In this document: piece by piece, positions 27,278-39,144 of the stretch
How the letters are laid out: each line of letters starts with the position of its first letter
How positions within the stretch are numbered: position 1 is the first letter of the stretch
The notes under the pieces: generated by a model
What the model was told of the DNA's origin: nothing
The model's database searches: none
What the model saw: only the letters and a program-made list of their open reading frames with translations
Program-made: the position numbers and the translations under genes
Source: Selaginella moellendorffii
Taxonomy: Eukaryota > Plantae > Lycopodiophyta
Reading direction: 5' to 3'
Length of the DNA stretch: 64,000 nt
Assembly (NCBI RefSeq): GCF_000143415.4
Contig: NW_003314336.1
Coordinates: forward strand, 844,853 to 908,852

Positions 27278-27930
27278 AATAGAGCTTTTTAATAGTTTAT
27301 ATGATTATGAAAAGTCATCATTTTAAGTGTATATTAATTTTTAGATGGTAGAATAAATTAAAATATACTAGAAAGTATTTAAGAGAGTATATAAGTTATA
27401 AAAACAAGATTAATCTAGATAAATTATAATGCTAAGTGTATTCTAAATTTTATATTGCAATAATGATAAATATTAAATTTTAAAACACAAAAAAGTTTTG
27501 AGAGGATTATAAATTTTTTTAAAAAGTCTTAAAATTTGCTATATGAATATATGGAATATAAAAATATGCACTTAATCTATATATAGAATCAAATGTTTCT
27601 AATCTAATAGCTATCAAAATCCCACTACATTAATAATTTATGAATATCCACTAACACCTTAAATCATCAAAGGATGGAAAGAAATTAAGTATTGATAGAG
27701 TTAGAATATATAAAAACATCAGAAAAAAGCATTAGTGAATCCATAAGTAGTGCAATTTCTTCTTGGTCCCTTTGTATAAAGCATTATATGCATAATTTAA
27801 AGGATCAACTTGTCGGTCAGTCCCTTTCCATTTCCCACTTTCCGGGGGAGGGACTAGCTAGGGTTTATATGGCAAAGCTTCCGGGAAGATCCTTTTCCCA
27901 TTATTTTCCCTTTTTTTTTAAAAAACGAGA

Positions 27931-28210
27931 ACATTGCCCCTAGATCAAGGCTTGCAAGCCCGGCCACTAAGTCCCATTGTCCTTTGGAACTTCCTCATTA
28001 TGTGACCATATCCGTAGTCACTACACTAGAGGATTGCTCCTCCTCCTTTCCCCCATTTGGGACTTTGGGATAACATTTCGGAACACCGTGGCCCTACGCG
28101 AGCCCCATGGGTACTCTCCCCACCTTCTGCCTTTAGGTGCTCTAGCCATGGGCTTAGAGTGAGGTTCTGTTGAGCCACACTAGGTATCCAAGTAAGTAGT
28201 GCCTGCAACC
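27931..28210 (-). mobile_element. Inverted fragment of the long-LTR family at 33286-34859
   Basis: Its reverse complement aligns closely with ~34148-34420 (e.g. GTAGTCACTACACTAGAGGATTGCTCCTCCTCCTTTCCCCCATTTGGGAC). Confidence 0.85.
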
Positions 28211-28684
28211 CAAGTCTTCAAAAGACTCTATTTAAACTAGTGGAATAATGTTTATCAAATATTAATCCAAGAATGTAGCATCACTAACATATAACAATTG
28301 TGAAGGTAAACTTAACTTTATTAGCAATATAAAATTATGACTATATAAAATTTTATATAGTTAAACATCAATAAACTTCATGATCATCCCCTTGAAGGTG
28401 TGAATGAGCCCTTCCATCAAACCATCTATTTGTGGATAATAAGTATATACAAAATGTAGGTATCCTTAGTCGATACATTAATATGTAAAATACATTAATT
28501 GTAAACAATAAAACCATTATCTGAAAGAATTCACTCTAAACAAAAATGTTAAAACACCACTGAATTGGGGAGAAAGTATCCAACATTAGTTGTAAACTTA
28601 GTAGTAAAAACATTAACTTCCAAGCAACAAGTAGTTAATAATGATATACTTATTATAAACAATTGATTGTGGAAAAGCCTTATT

Positions 28685-28839
28685 TATAATACATCTTATG
28701 TCTCTCCTCTTAAGCTAATATAAAAAGAAGTAATTGATTGATGAAAGAGCCCTTATTTTATCCCTATTTATCCCATAAAGTTCCAAAGATCCATAATGAT
28801 AGTATATCCAAATCTCATCCCATGATTATATATGCTACA
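28685..28839. mobile_element. Degenerate solo LTR of the TRIM family, TSD TTATT
   Basis: Aligns to the TRIM LTR at 31545-31706 (e.g. AGTATATCCAAATCTCATCCCATGAT...GCTACA). TTATT flanks both sides (28680-28684 and 28840-28844). Confidence 0.8.
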
Positions 28840-29709
28840 TTATTAGATTAAATGCTACAAGCTTAAATGGGATAATTAACTTTAGTTTTCATTTGCAACA
28901 CAAGGGGGAGTATTACAAGCTTGGCACCAAACATAACTATGCATAAATCAATTGATAGCACGTTACATTATAAACTAATAGAAAGATTTATGCAATTTCC
29001 AAAACACATGATGATGTATTATGTGTCAAAATAGGAGAGGAGTCATGGTAAGTATAGAGAAAACATGGAATAAAAATTGGAAACATCACCAATTGAAAAT
29101 AATCATTAGGATTAGTCTTCAAAAAATAAAGATTGATATTGAAAATGTAAATGTTAAAATAAAAAAGTATCAATAAGTGATTCAAAATTCTTAAACCCAT
29201 AACAAAGTTTTTGAATTCATATATTAACCTTTTGAACCTCATGAACTTCATTTAGAAAAAGTAAATCTAACTTTACATTTTGTAACTACTAAACATCAAG
29301 CTTAGTAACTGCTGACACTTTGTATGTAACACACTCTATCACTCTCCTCTTAACCCATATACATGTGCTATACTTGCAGTTATTATACTCATATATTTAA
29401 ACAAAAGAGCTAGTATAATAATAGCATATGCTAAAAATGCTTATTCTAGGTATATGCCAAGATTTAACAATTGAGATATATGTGATAGCAAGTGTGAGAG
29501 ATTTGTGAAGATACATAATACATTACACAATTCACAATTGATATATATCTTTGTTGTGTGTGGGTTATAACACGAAGATTGGATTTTAAGGCAGAAGGAT
29601 GGTTTTGAAGTGGAAATAGATTCCCATGACTGTGAGGTATATATCTTGTGCAACATTTCTATAGTAGAATTGTACTTTAATAGTGGAAGATGAATATGGG
29701 ATGCCAATA

Positions 29710-30063
29710 TATAGCACATGTGGTATTTACCCTTTATTCTCTAGTGAAAACCCTTCATGTGCCATATGTCATATGCCATGTGTCACATGCCATATGTCTA
29801 AAGAATAGTGGTGTGGAACCTGAGTTTTAGAGCCTTGGGCCATTGAATGAAGAAAATGTGCCAAACTCCCAAGCATGGAGCCAAGAAGTGATGGAACCGG
29901 ACCACAGAGCAACTCCCGAGCATACAGCCCAAGGAGCGAAGGGATAGAAGCCTGTAGTAACTTGGAACAATCCTAAAACAACCAACATCCTAATGCCAAG
30001 ACCAGCATGCAAAACAGAGCCAAACAGAGTTTGGCGCTATTTCAGCATACTGGTGGCCTAACG
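29710..30063 (-). mobile_element. Solo LTR (~354 bp), TSD CAATA
   Basis: Homologous to the LTR at 35663-36021; termini decayed to TATAG...TAACG; CAATA at 29705-29709 and 30064-30068. Confidence 0.82.
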
Positions 30064-33000
30064 CAATAATGTCAACAATAAGGCATCACACTTGAATGCC
30101 ATCAATATCAGAACAAAACTAGAAGAAAGCATGAGTGAATCACTACCCAAAGCTCTTTAGCAACCAAGCTAACCAAAGTCAAAGATATTTTAATGAGTAT
30201 CCGAGACTAATCCTTCAACAATACTCAGTTTCAGATAACATATCATCGAGGAGTGAATCACTACATCCAAGACTCAATGAAATCCAACACTATGGACTAA
30301 ACATAACCAAATGATATTGTCAAAGGTAGAATTGACATGCCAACATGGAAAAACTATGTAAGTTTAACGACACGATCCTCCGCAACACCATCTGGTAAAG
30401 AAAACCCATCACTGCTAAATCATCATCGAGCGAAGCAAGTGTCAAATAGTCCTTGACAAAGTCTATGAGTAATCATTAGTTGCAAAGCAACCAACAATCA
30501 CTCTTCAACTTGTCTTCACAAAACCCAAACACTAAACTCTTGTCCTCAAGTCATATACTTGTCTAATATGAACATAATACCCCAGATACGAGATACTGGC
30601 TCATGGACAAACACAAACTAAATGACCACTTGAATCCAACTCAACCACAATAAGCTCACTAATATGTTTAGCTAATAGCTCTGAGCATGCTTTGAAGAGG
30701 CTAGCTATGCATGACTAACATTTAGTCAAAATTAAAGTGAAAACCATGAAATGGACTTATATTGGTACTCAACCTCCTTAGAAACAAAGCTATAGTATAA
30801 GTACTAACATCTCAACCTCAAATAACTAAGTTGAACATCACCATCTTTAACCAAGGCGCAGGGCCACTAAAATTAAATCAAGATCAGTGAGAGCTCACTA
30901 CTTTCATAGAGTCTTAACAAAATGCAAGGTGCAACCTGTCACCAAGCATAATGCTACAAAAGAAAGGTATAAGAGTCATCTTTCTTAGAAAAGTGCAACA
31001 ACCATTTTTCTACACCAACTTCAGACTCTATTTAACTCAATTGTCTTAGCCCTAAAAGTCAGCATCCCTTTTGGGCTGTATCATACAAACTATTTACTAA
31101 GGTCTAAGCCAACCAAGTCAACTCCAACCCTTTCACTAGTTTGTACAAACAGAATGGTTTTTGGGCAAAATGATTGACAGTTCGGCCATTAGAAAAGCCT
31201 AAGAAAATTCGTGGAAAATTTTCCATCCTAGAAAAAAAATGACTCTCAATCCAGGAATGCAAACTTTCAAGACTCAACTAACTTCCTCCTACCTACTACT
31301 TTACATAGGTTCACCTCAACACAAATTCTCATGATCCATCAATATGCTTAAGTATCGAACATCTTTGCCCATTTAACTGATATCCAACATCGATATCCGC
31401 AAAGTGCAAAATGAGCATCCAAGGCTTGATCACGAAGACCACATCTTTGGATATCCACATCCACTAACACTCTTCTTCAATCACCTTCAAGATCCAATGT
31501 GAAGCCAAAACACTAACAAGAAAAATGATATGAAATATCAAGGTTGTAGCGCACCTTATCTCTCTCCCCTTAAGCCAATTGGAAAAGGGGCAATTGCTTG
31601 ATGAGAGAGCCCTTAGTGGCTATTTTATCCCCATTTATCTCCCAAGGTTCCAAGGATCCACGGTGACAGTATATCCAAATCTCATCCCATGATCACATGC
31701 GCTACACTCACCCCCCCTTCAGAGATGTCAATGTCCTCATTGACTATTGACTAACAACCCCTACTGAGCTAAGGGGAACCAACACCTCCATTTCCGCACT
31801 CAATCTACCAATCCTTAAGGGGAACCAACACCTCCATTTCCGCACTCAATCTACCAATCCTTCCATTGTGTAGACCAGCTATTCCATGTGAGGCAACTAG
31901 TTATCCACCCGTACCGCAGTCCCACGGTGGATACCTTCGTCCGTGGATACTCCACACAAGAGGAAGGACATACGCATGGATGCCCAATACGTACGATTTC
32001 AAATTTAGGGGTAGGAATATACCTTGCTCAAGGGTATATTATACTTTTAAGTAGCCACTAATCAATGGGAATCGAACCCGTGCCATTTGCTCCGATACCA
32101 ACTGTAACGCACCTTATCTCTCTCCCTTAAGCCAACTGGAAAAGGGGCAATTGCTTAATGAGAGAGCCCTTAGTGGCTATTTTATCCCCATTTATCTCCC
32201 AAGGTTCCAAGGATCCACGGTGACAGTATATCCAAATCTCATCCCATGATCACATGCGCTACAAAGGTCTAAGGAGAATTCATCATCATTTGAAATAACA
32301 ATGCCACTTCCACTAACACAAGTGCTAACGATGTTAATGCCCCAACTACACATCTTCTCCATCCAACAATCTACTCTAAGTGCTAACGGATCAACCGATA
32401 AACTATAGGAAATGAATGCTACAACCCTTTTCCAACACCTCAATGGACAAACTCCCAGGAAACAAGGAACCAACTTAAGTTTAGCATAATGGACCACTAT
32501 TGAAAATCTAGTTAAAGCTACTACAATGCTACTTTATGCAAGTAGATTAGCTTCACCATCAACCATTTTGGGGCTGATCATCAATTAACCAAGCAACTTC
32601 ATAAACATATTGCTCACTATTACATGGATATAATATAAAATCACAATGACTTAATCATCAATCAAGCAACACTATGAGCAATGCCAATATCATTACTTTA
32701 AAGATTTATGTGAGTATCAAATGTCAACTCAATTCGACAAAATGCAACATAAATGCCACACCCCATCGATAGAGATTTACAACACTCAACACCACTAACT
32801 TTGTTCACAACACAGATAAGCTCATGCCACTTTCTCTCCGACCAAACTCAACACTAATCCAACACCAAGCTACTCAATGAGCAATAGCAAGGTTCCTCGA
32901 AAAAGAATTGAGCATTGTAACTCAAGTCTTCAATAGCAAGCTTAGACAAAATGGTTTAGCGCTTCACCGCTATCCATCCCATGACTTACCACTTGTAAGA

Positions 33001-33285
33001 CCATCATTTCCAATATGCATCAAAATAGGGACTTTTGATTGCATAATGTGAACACGAGCAATGAGTCAACACCTTGTTGCAAATCATCTCTCCAAGAAGA
33101 GAAAATGATTTACATGTTTGATTTTTCGTCCCTGACAACTCTCTTTTCAGTCTCATCTTTGACCAAACCTCATGCTTGCTTTCACACTGCCTTTAGTCCA
33201 ATCCAAGAAAAGTTTATGAGAGAGCACGGCAATGACTACTTGAACCAATAGACTAAGCCCTATAGTCTTGATCGATTCACTTATA
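30064..33285 (+). pseudogene. Probable heavily decayed retrotransposon internal (pol-like) region, interrupted by the TRIM
   Basis: A/C-rich and stop-riddled, with only faint echoes of Ty3/gypsy pol (e.g. RKFVENF at ~31200). Context is between LTR remnants. Confidence 0.35.
31545..32263 (-). mobile_element. Intact TRIM (terminal-repeat retrotransposon in miniature), 719 bp
   Basis: LTRs at 31545-31706 and 32103-32263 (TGTA...TACA; 3 substitutions plus 1 indel). PBS TGGTATCGGAGC (iMet-like) at 32089-32100 on the minus strand. G-rich PPT next to the left LTR (~31707-31719). TSD AAGGT at 31540-31544 and 32264-32268. No internal coding capacity. Confidence 0.92.
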
Positions 33286-34859
33286 TGTGAGACACAAATC
33301 CCTAAGCCCCAAAGTGGAGCCGAAAAGGTGCCACGTGGTAGTGGCCAAAGCAAAAGCTAAATGAGTGTAACACGTTTGGACTAAAAGGCTCTGACTTGAA
33401 AGGTCAAGAGCGGGAGTGGAACTCCCAACGGAGTGCTCAAGGAACGAGCATGAAGCGAGCAATAAGTGAGGTTCCAAAAAAGGACCCAAAAGGACCAACA
33501 CATGACACGTGGAAGAGTCCGAGATGGACCTGAGTTGGAGTCTGAGATGGAGTCCGAGATGGACCCGAGTTAGAGTCTGAGATGGACCTGAGATGGAGTT
33601 CGAGATGGAGTTCGAGATGGAGTCCGAGATGGAGTCCGAGATGGAATTCGAGATGGAGTCCAAGAAGAACCCGAGATGGAGTCCGAGGTCGAGACCGAGA
33701 CCGGGACCGAAACTGACCAAGACCGAGACTGGGACCGAGACCAAGACCGAGGCCCAGACCAAGCCCGAGCCCGAGCCCGAGCCCGAGTCCGAGTTTGAGT
33801 CCGAGTCTGAGCCCGAGTCCAAGCCCGAGTCCGAGTTCGAGTTCGAGTCTGAGAGGGTGAAAGCCCAAAGCGTTTGTCTCCCAGACCCTAGGGGGTTTGG
33901 TGAGCTCCAAAAGTATAGTAAGGGGGAGGACTACAGTGGAGCTAATTTGGCCAGGAAAGGCCAGTTTGGCCAAGAAAGGCCAATTTAGCCCACGAAGGCC
34001 AGACCCAATGTTGGGTGATGAACTGACCATTGGGAAGTCCAAGACTAGAGTGAATACGGATCGACAAGTGGAGTAGCTTGGTGAAGTGTTTAAGAGCCGG
34101 CTCTAGTTCCCCCCGGAGATCGACTAGCCGATGCTCCTAGTCCAAGTGTGGGTGGCACTACCTACTTGGATACCTGGTGTGGCTCAACAGAACCTCACTC
34201 TATAGAGCACCTAAAGGTAGAAGGTGGGGAGAGTACCCACGGGGCTCGCATAGGGCCACGGTGTTCCGAAATGTTGTCCCGAAGTCCCAAATGGGGGAAA
34301 GGAGGAGGAGCAATCCTCTAGTGTAGTGACTACGGATACGGTCACATGGTGAGGAAGTCCCAGAGGACGATAGGACTTAGTGGCCGGGCCTGCGGGCCTT
34401 GATCTAGTGGCAATGTTGGTGAATATGGCCATGGACGAAAAAAGGACTTGGCAGGAATTGACAAAGGGATGTTGGAGAAGGTTATTCCCTATGTCTGTGG
34501 ACATCCTAAAGATGCTAAGGAGTGGATCTGGGATGACCACTCATGGACGGACAGCCTAGTCTTGGAGAGACGGGATTGTGATGCAAGTGGTTTTGGACCA
34601 CCAGTGCGGCAAAGGTGAATGGGCGTGGCCTTAGCGTAACGGGCCAATATGTCAGTAGTACCTTTGGGTGTCGGTCTTGGCACTGGACACATCAAGCACT
34701 TGGACCAAGTGCAAGGGATGAGTGGCATGGATGCCATTCTCAGGACTAGCAAGTCCCAAGTCCTGAATTGGACTTAAGGAGGTTGTGAATGAGACTCCTC
34801 CAAGTGGTCAGAGGTGTGGTTAAGTGACTAAAGTAGAATGGAAAATTTAGTCACTTACA
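33286..34859 (+). mobile_element. Long solo LTR (1574 bp), TSD TTATA
   Basis: TGTGAG...CTTACA termini; TTATA at 33281-33285 and 34860-34864; related copies at 27931-28210 (inverted) and 37019-37150. Confidence 0.8.
33514..33854. repeat. Degenerate hexamer minisatellite (GAGNNN: GAGATG/GAGTCC/GAGACC/GAGCCC) inside the solo LTR
   Basis: Seen directly; it explains the low-complexity ORFs 33277-33822, 33437-34042 and 33593-33988. Confidence 0.9.
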
Positions 34860-35540
34860 TTATAATCATGCCTAAGAAGGACCCACTAGTGCCGTGCTAA
34901 ACAACTACAAACTAGCCTATTTGCCACTCATAGCAAACCTAGGGAGGTTTGCTTTCACCCATAGTACAAGGACCAACTCATGGAACCACTGATAGGCTAA
35001 CATTAATCCTGCCAACTCAAAGTGCAACTTTGAGTTGCTAATGAGCTTCACTCATGAGCCCAAGCGCAAACTCATGCTACTAGAACAACTCAATCCTTCT
35101 TATGAGCCCAAGAGCAAGCTTATATAATACGGTATAAAACGGTAACCAAGTCCATACCCAAGGAATGATTGTGAAGTTTTAGCACCCAAACATGTACCTA
35201 CTCGGATCATCGTTTTCATCTCTGCATATGTAACGAGATTAATTGCTCAATCTTATGTAAGCAACTAAAGGGAACGACTCGAGAGATAATCCATAGGGAT
35301 TCAAATATAAAGGGAAAGGGCCCATAAATAAAAGTGCACCCTTTTTTCCATCGGTTAAGGGTCTTGGGATAGTTGAAGTTAAGTGTCCTTAGGTTTGAAT
35401 AGTACTTGGCTGAGTGACCTCCCAGGACCTGACAAACGGTGGAACAGTGGCATTGTTTTACATGCCTCACATTCAAGTCTCAAGGAAGTCTAAACTCAGA
35501 AGCTTACATCGTATTGAATAGTAGTCGCTGAGACTTATCT

Positions 35541-36021
35541 TCTGATACCAAATGTAGCGCACGTGGTTTTTAGCCTTTATCCTATGGTGAATTACTATAG
35601 GATAACCACGAAGCGGAACCTAAACCCTTCATGTGCCACATGGCATATCCTCTGATACCAAATGTAGCACACGTGGTTTTTACCCTTTATCCTATGGTGA
35701 ATTACTATAGAATAACCACAAAATGGAACCTAAACCCTTCATGTGCCACGTGTCATATACCACGTGTTTATAGGACAGTGGTGTGGAACTTGAGGTTCAG
35801 AACCTTGGGCCTCTGAACAAAGGAACGGTGCCAAACCTCCAAACATGGAGCTAAGGAGTGATGGAACCTGCGACTCCCGAGTGTACAGCCCAAGGAGCGA
35901 AGGGACAGGGGCACAAAGCAACTTGAAATAGTCCTAGAGTAACCAGCATCCCAATGTTAAGACCACGCAAAACAGAACCAAACAGAGTCTAGCACAATTT
36001 CAGCATACCGGTGGCCTAACA
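35541..36021 (-). mobile_element. 5' LTR with a tandemly duplicated U5 end and PBS (tRNA-iMet)
   Basis: LTR 35663-36021 is homologous to 29710-30063. TCTGATACCA (reverse complement TGGTATCAGA) occurs at 35541 and 35651, forming a 110-bp direct tandem (35541-35650 and 35651-35760). Confidence 0.82.
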
Positions 36022-37018
36022 CGAGGACATGGGTACTCCACCAGCTAGCATGGAATGGAACTTGGGGGTTAGACCCAAGCCAGACACAAAACAAAGACAG
36101 GCACACGAGTAGGAGCTAGACTATGCATCAGGTTGGTCGACCATGCCCGACTTACCCACTATCCCTATTATACATTTAGAACCCCCTATATCCCCCTCCC
36201 CCCTTTGAGGAACACACACTTTGGGCTTTCACCCCAAGCCTCCCTTAGTATCAGGAGTTAGTCTCTGGGACAAACTCAAAACTTACTAAATATGGAATGG
36301 CACTAGATTGCAAATTTGGACACGAGATGAACACCATTGTATTCAAGACAATCTCTACATTCCGTAAATATGCCAAATGAGCAAATCTGGACACTTTCCA
36401 TAAATAGCATTTGGGACCAAAATGAGATTAACACAAAGGGCATGATAGCGAGGGTGTTTGGCAAACACGGTAAGCTATCATCTAATGATATTGAGGGACC
36501 AATCTCAATACGCAAGGGTTTTTGTCAAGCTAGTGCAAAACATAGCAAAAAAGAATTAAAAGCCAGGCCGAGTATGCTTAGCTAGAAACACATAGGAGTT
36601 CCTACTTTATGTCCATTTGGCTAAGTACAGATGCTAAGCTCAATTTACTAACACTTGAACAAGAGGGACTGATAAAAGGTCCAGCAATACCAACCTTCTG
36701 TTATCGTGGTAGTAAGGAAAGAGTGTTCATAAGGACTAGCTGACATATAACTTTCGATACCCGAAGTCACATTCACGACATTAATGAGAACTAAATGAAC
36801 AAAGGAATAGAACCACCACATATGATCTAATGAAATTTTAAGTTGGAAAGACTATGCTCTTTAAAGGATGGGCAAAGCATGATGAGCCTTTGGTGTCAAA
36901 CCATTGACAAATATTAACTTGGTGCTAAGGATGAAAATGGTAATCTATGATGAGGTTACTTTATAGAATAGTTTATTATTTAATAAGCATATTAAATTTT
37001 GTTTATGGGTGGTGGAAT

Positions 37019-37150
37019 TGTGAGACACAAATCCCTAAGCCTCAAAGTGGAGCCATACATGGCAGTAGTTGAAGCGAAAGTCCAACAAGTGTAACACATT
37101 TAATTTTGACTCAAAAAGTTGAGAACAGGGGTTCCAAAAGTATAGTATAG
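37019..37150 (+). mobile_element. Start of a degenerate copy of the long LTR, preceded by a PPT-like tract
   Basis: TGTGAGACACAAATCCCTAAGCC.CAAAGTGGAGCC matches 33286 onward; upstream is GGGTGGTGGAAT. Confidence 0.7.
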
Positions 37151-37584
37151 AGAGTATAGGGGTTGGATATGTTGTCAAAGATTCTATTGCATTGGGGAAG
37201 GACTATTTGATATGGCCAATTTTGCATGCCACATCATGGCCACGTAATCAAAGCAAATCCATTGAGAAGAACATGTTTGGAAATCTTTCATTAAGAAGTC
37301 CTAGCAAGAATATATATTGAAATAGAGGATTACAAACTCAAACAGGAATATAATCCAGTATAGTAGTTTGGCTATTCCACAATGAGGAATGTTCTTGTTG
37401 GGAACTCCCTAGTTCAATGGATTGCTTTGAGCTATTGGATTAAGGATCTGGTAGAATATGCCTTTCAATCCAATGGTTGGAAATTTATACATATACCATG
37501 CATAAGATGGCTAGATACCTTGTAAAAACTATATTGGTTCAGAAGATATCCAAATCTCACCACATCATCATATACCAAGTCATA

Positions 37585-37771
37585 TATAGCATTAAGAATG
37601 AATATGGAATGGAAAATATTTAGTAAAATCTCTCATATTTTTTATTGTTATTATGAATCCTTAAAAATTTAAGGAATAAATGGGGATAAAATAATCATTA
37701 AGGTTCTTTCATCAAATAATTACCCTCTTTTTTGTAGTTGGCTTAAGAAGAGAGAGCTGAAGTGCATTTCA
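37585..37771. mobile_element. Old, inverted, degenerate copy of the TRIM LTR
   Basis: ATAAATGGGGATAAAATA...GTTGGCTTAAG.AGAGAGA is the reverse complement of the TRIM LTR core. The left boundary is uncertain. Confidence 0.65.
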
Positions 37772-39144
37772 AAAAGTAAGAATTTGGAGAGAGAGAGATA
37801 AATAAGGGGGATAAACCTCAAAGTCACACTTGGTATAATTGCATTGCAACTAAACTAAAGATGAGGTGAAAATTTTAATTTAGCACTATATATAACAATT
37901 AAAGCTCAATCTTAAAATCATCTACACACACAATTAGGTTTTATGCATGCATAAGTATTGTCATTACTATAGAGAATTAAAATTGGCATTGCTATATAAC
38001 ACAAACATGGATGGCAATATGTAGTAGCACACTAAGCAATAAAAGACAAATTCAAACTTATATCAACAAATAGAAAAAGGACTTTTTGGTATAAAAATGA
38101 GTTTAGAAAGGGTCAAAAATTTATTCACATCTAAGCACTCCTCAAAGACAATTAGAGCTACCATTCAATTCCACTCATCTGAGTGTATAAAATATAGAAA
38201 AAAACATATTAGATTAGCATTAAAATTTTAGTTTATATATAGGAGTTAGTGGTCTAAATTGAAACTAATTTGGCTTATTTAGTAGTTAGAAAATTTTAAA
38301 TTTTTTATTAGTTATTAAATATTGAGTTTAACATAATGTAGTACATCAAGTAGTCAATTCATGTATTATTATTATTTTAAAGTTTTTGTAACAACATTAA
38401 GTGTATTTACTATATATACTACATATATCTATAATAAAGGTTTATTAAATCTTTAAAAGAAGAAAAGGGCTCACCCTTCAAAGTTGATGCATGATTTTGT
38501 TTAAATTGATTTTTAGATAAAAATATTTATTATAATTTTATTTTATTTAGTCTGAATGCCAATAAATTTAAAATTTTCCAATCCTATTTACATATTACTA
38601 AAAAATCTGTTTTAATTTAATTAGAATTGATAATAGTTAATTGGATTTTATTTTTGTTTTAGTTTAAATATAGACCTGAAAAAAATATAATTGACTTTTC
38701 AATTCACTACTTCAAACATTTTTATATAATTACATATAGTATGAAAATCCCTATGGTTATTTATATGCACATCACAAATGTAAAAATAATATTTTAAAAA
38801 ACTAAAGTCTTGCATTTATAGATTTAATTCTGAATGTTTTTAAATTTAAATTTTCATTATAATTGAATATGAAGAAAATTTTGATACATTTTTATTTGAA
38901 AAGGTTTATTAGAATCTCACCATTTGACATAGTAGTCAACGGTCAAGTCGTATGGTTTGAGCATGAGTGGTTGCATGTCGCGACGTGGCCACGAATCATC
39001 GCGCGTGATTCCGGAATCTTGTGGCCAGAGCTACGTTTATCCACCTCTCAGTATTTCTCAATACTCCGCTGGTTTTGGGTTTTAGGTCATGCGCCTTGTT
39101 GACTTGCGTCGCGGCGCCTAGATCGAGCCGATCGAAATCCCAGG

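Larger units (their letters stand above)
26900..38900. mobile_element. AT-rich, gene-free island of nested, decayed LTR-retrotransposon sequence
   Basis: Sharp drop in GC, no credible ORFs, several related LTR copies, PBS/PPT motifs and TSDs (itemised below). Boundaries are approximate. Confidence 0.85.

Noticed and set aside
28380-28915. Copia-like RNase H remnant and PPT (CAAGGGGGAG at ~28900)
   Set aside because: Too decayed; only the PPT-like 10-mer is clear, so it is left inside the general TE island call.
33514-33854. CRISPR-like periodicity
   Set aside because: These are contiguous 6/12-bp units with no unique spacers and no cas genes, in a eukaryotic context.
33277-34042. Long ORFs on both strands (SD/SG-, LG- and EM/EP-repeat proteins)
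   Set aside because: They are by-products of the hexamer minisatellite inside a TSD-flanked LTR.
27931-34420. ~270-bp inverted repeats as TIRs of a 6.5-kb DNA transposon
   Set aside because: The right copy lies inside a solo LTR with its own TSD, so the left copy is better explained as an independent inverted fragment; no flanking TSD was seen.
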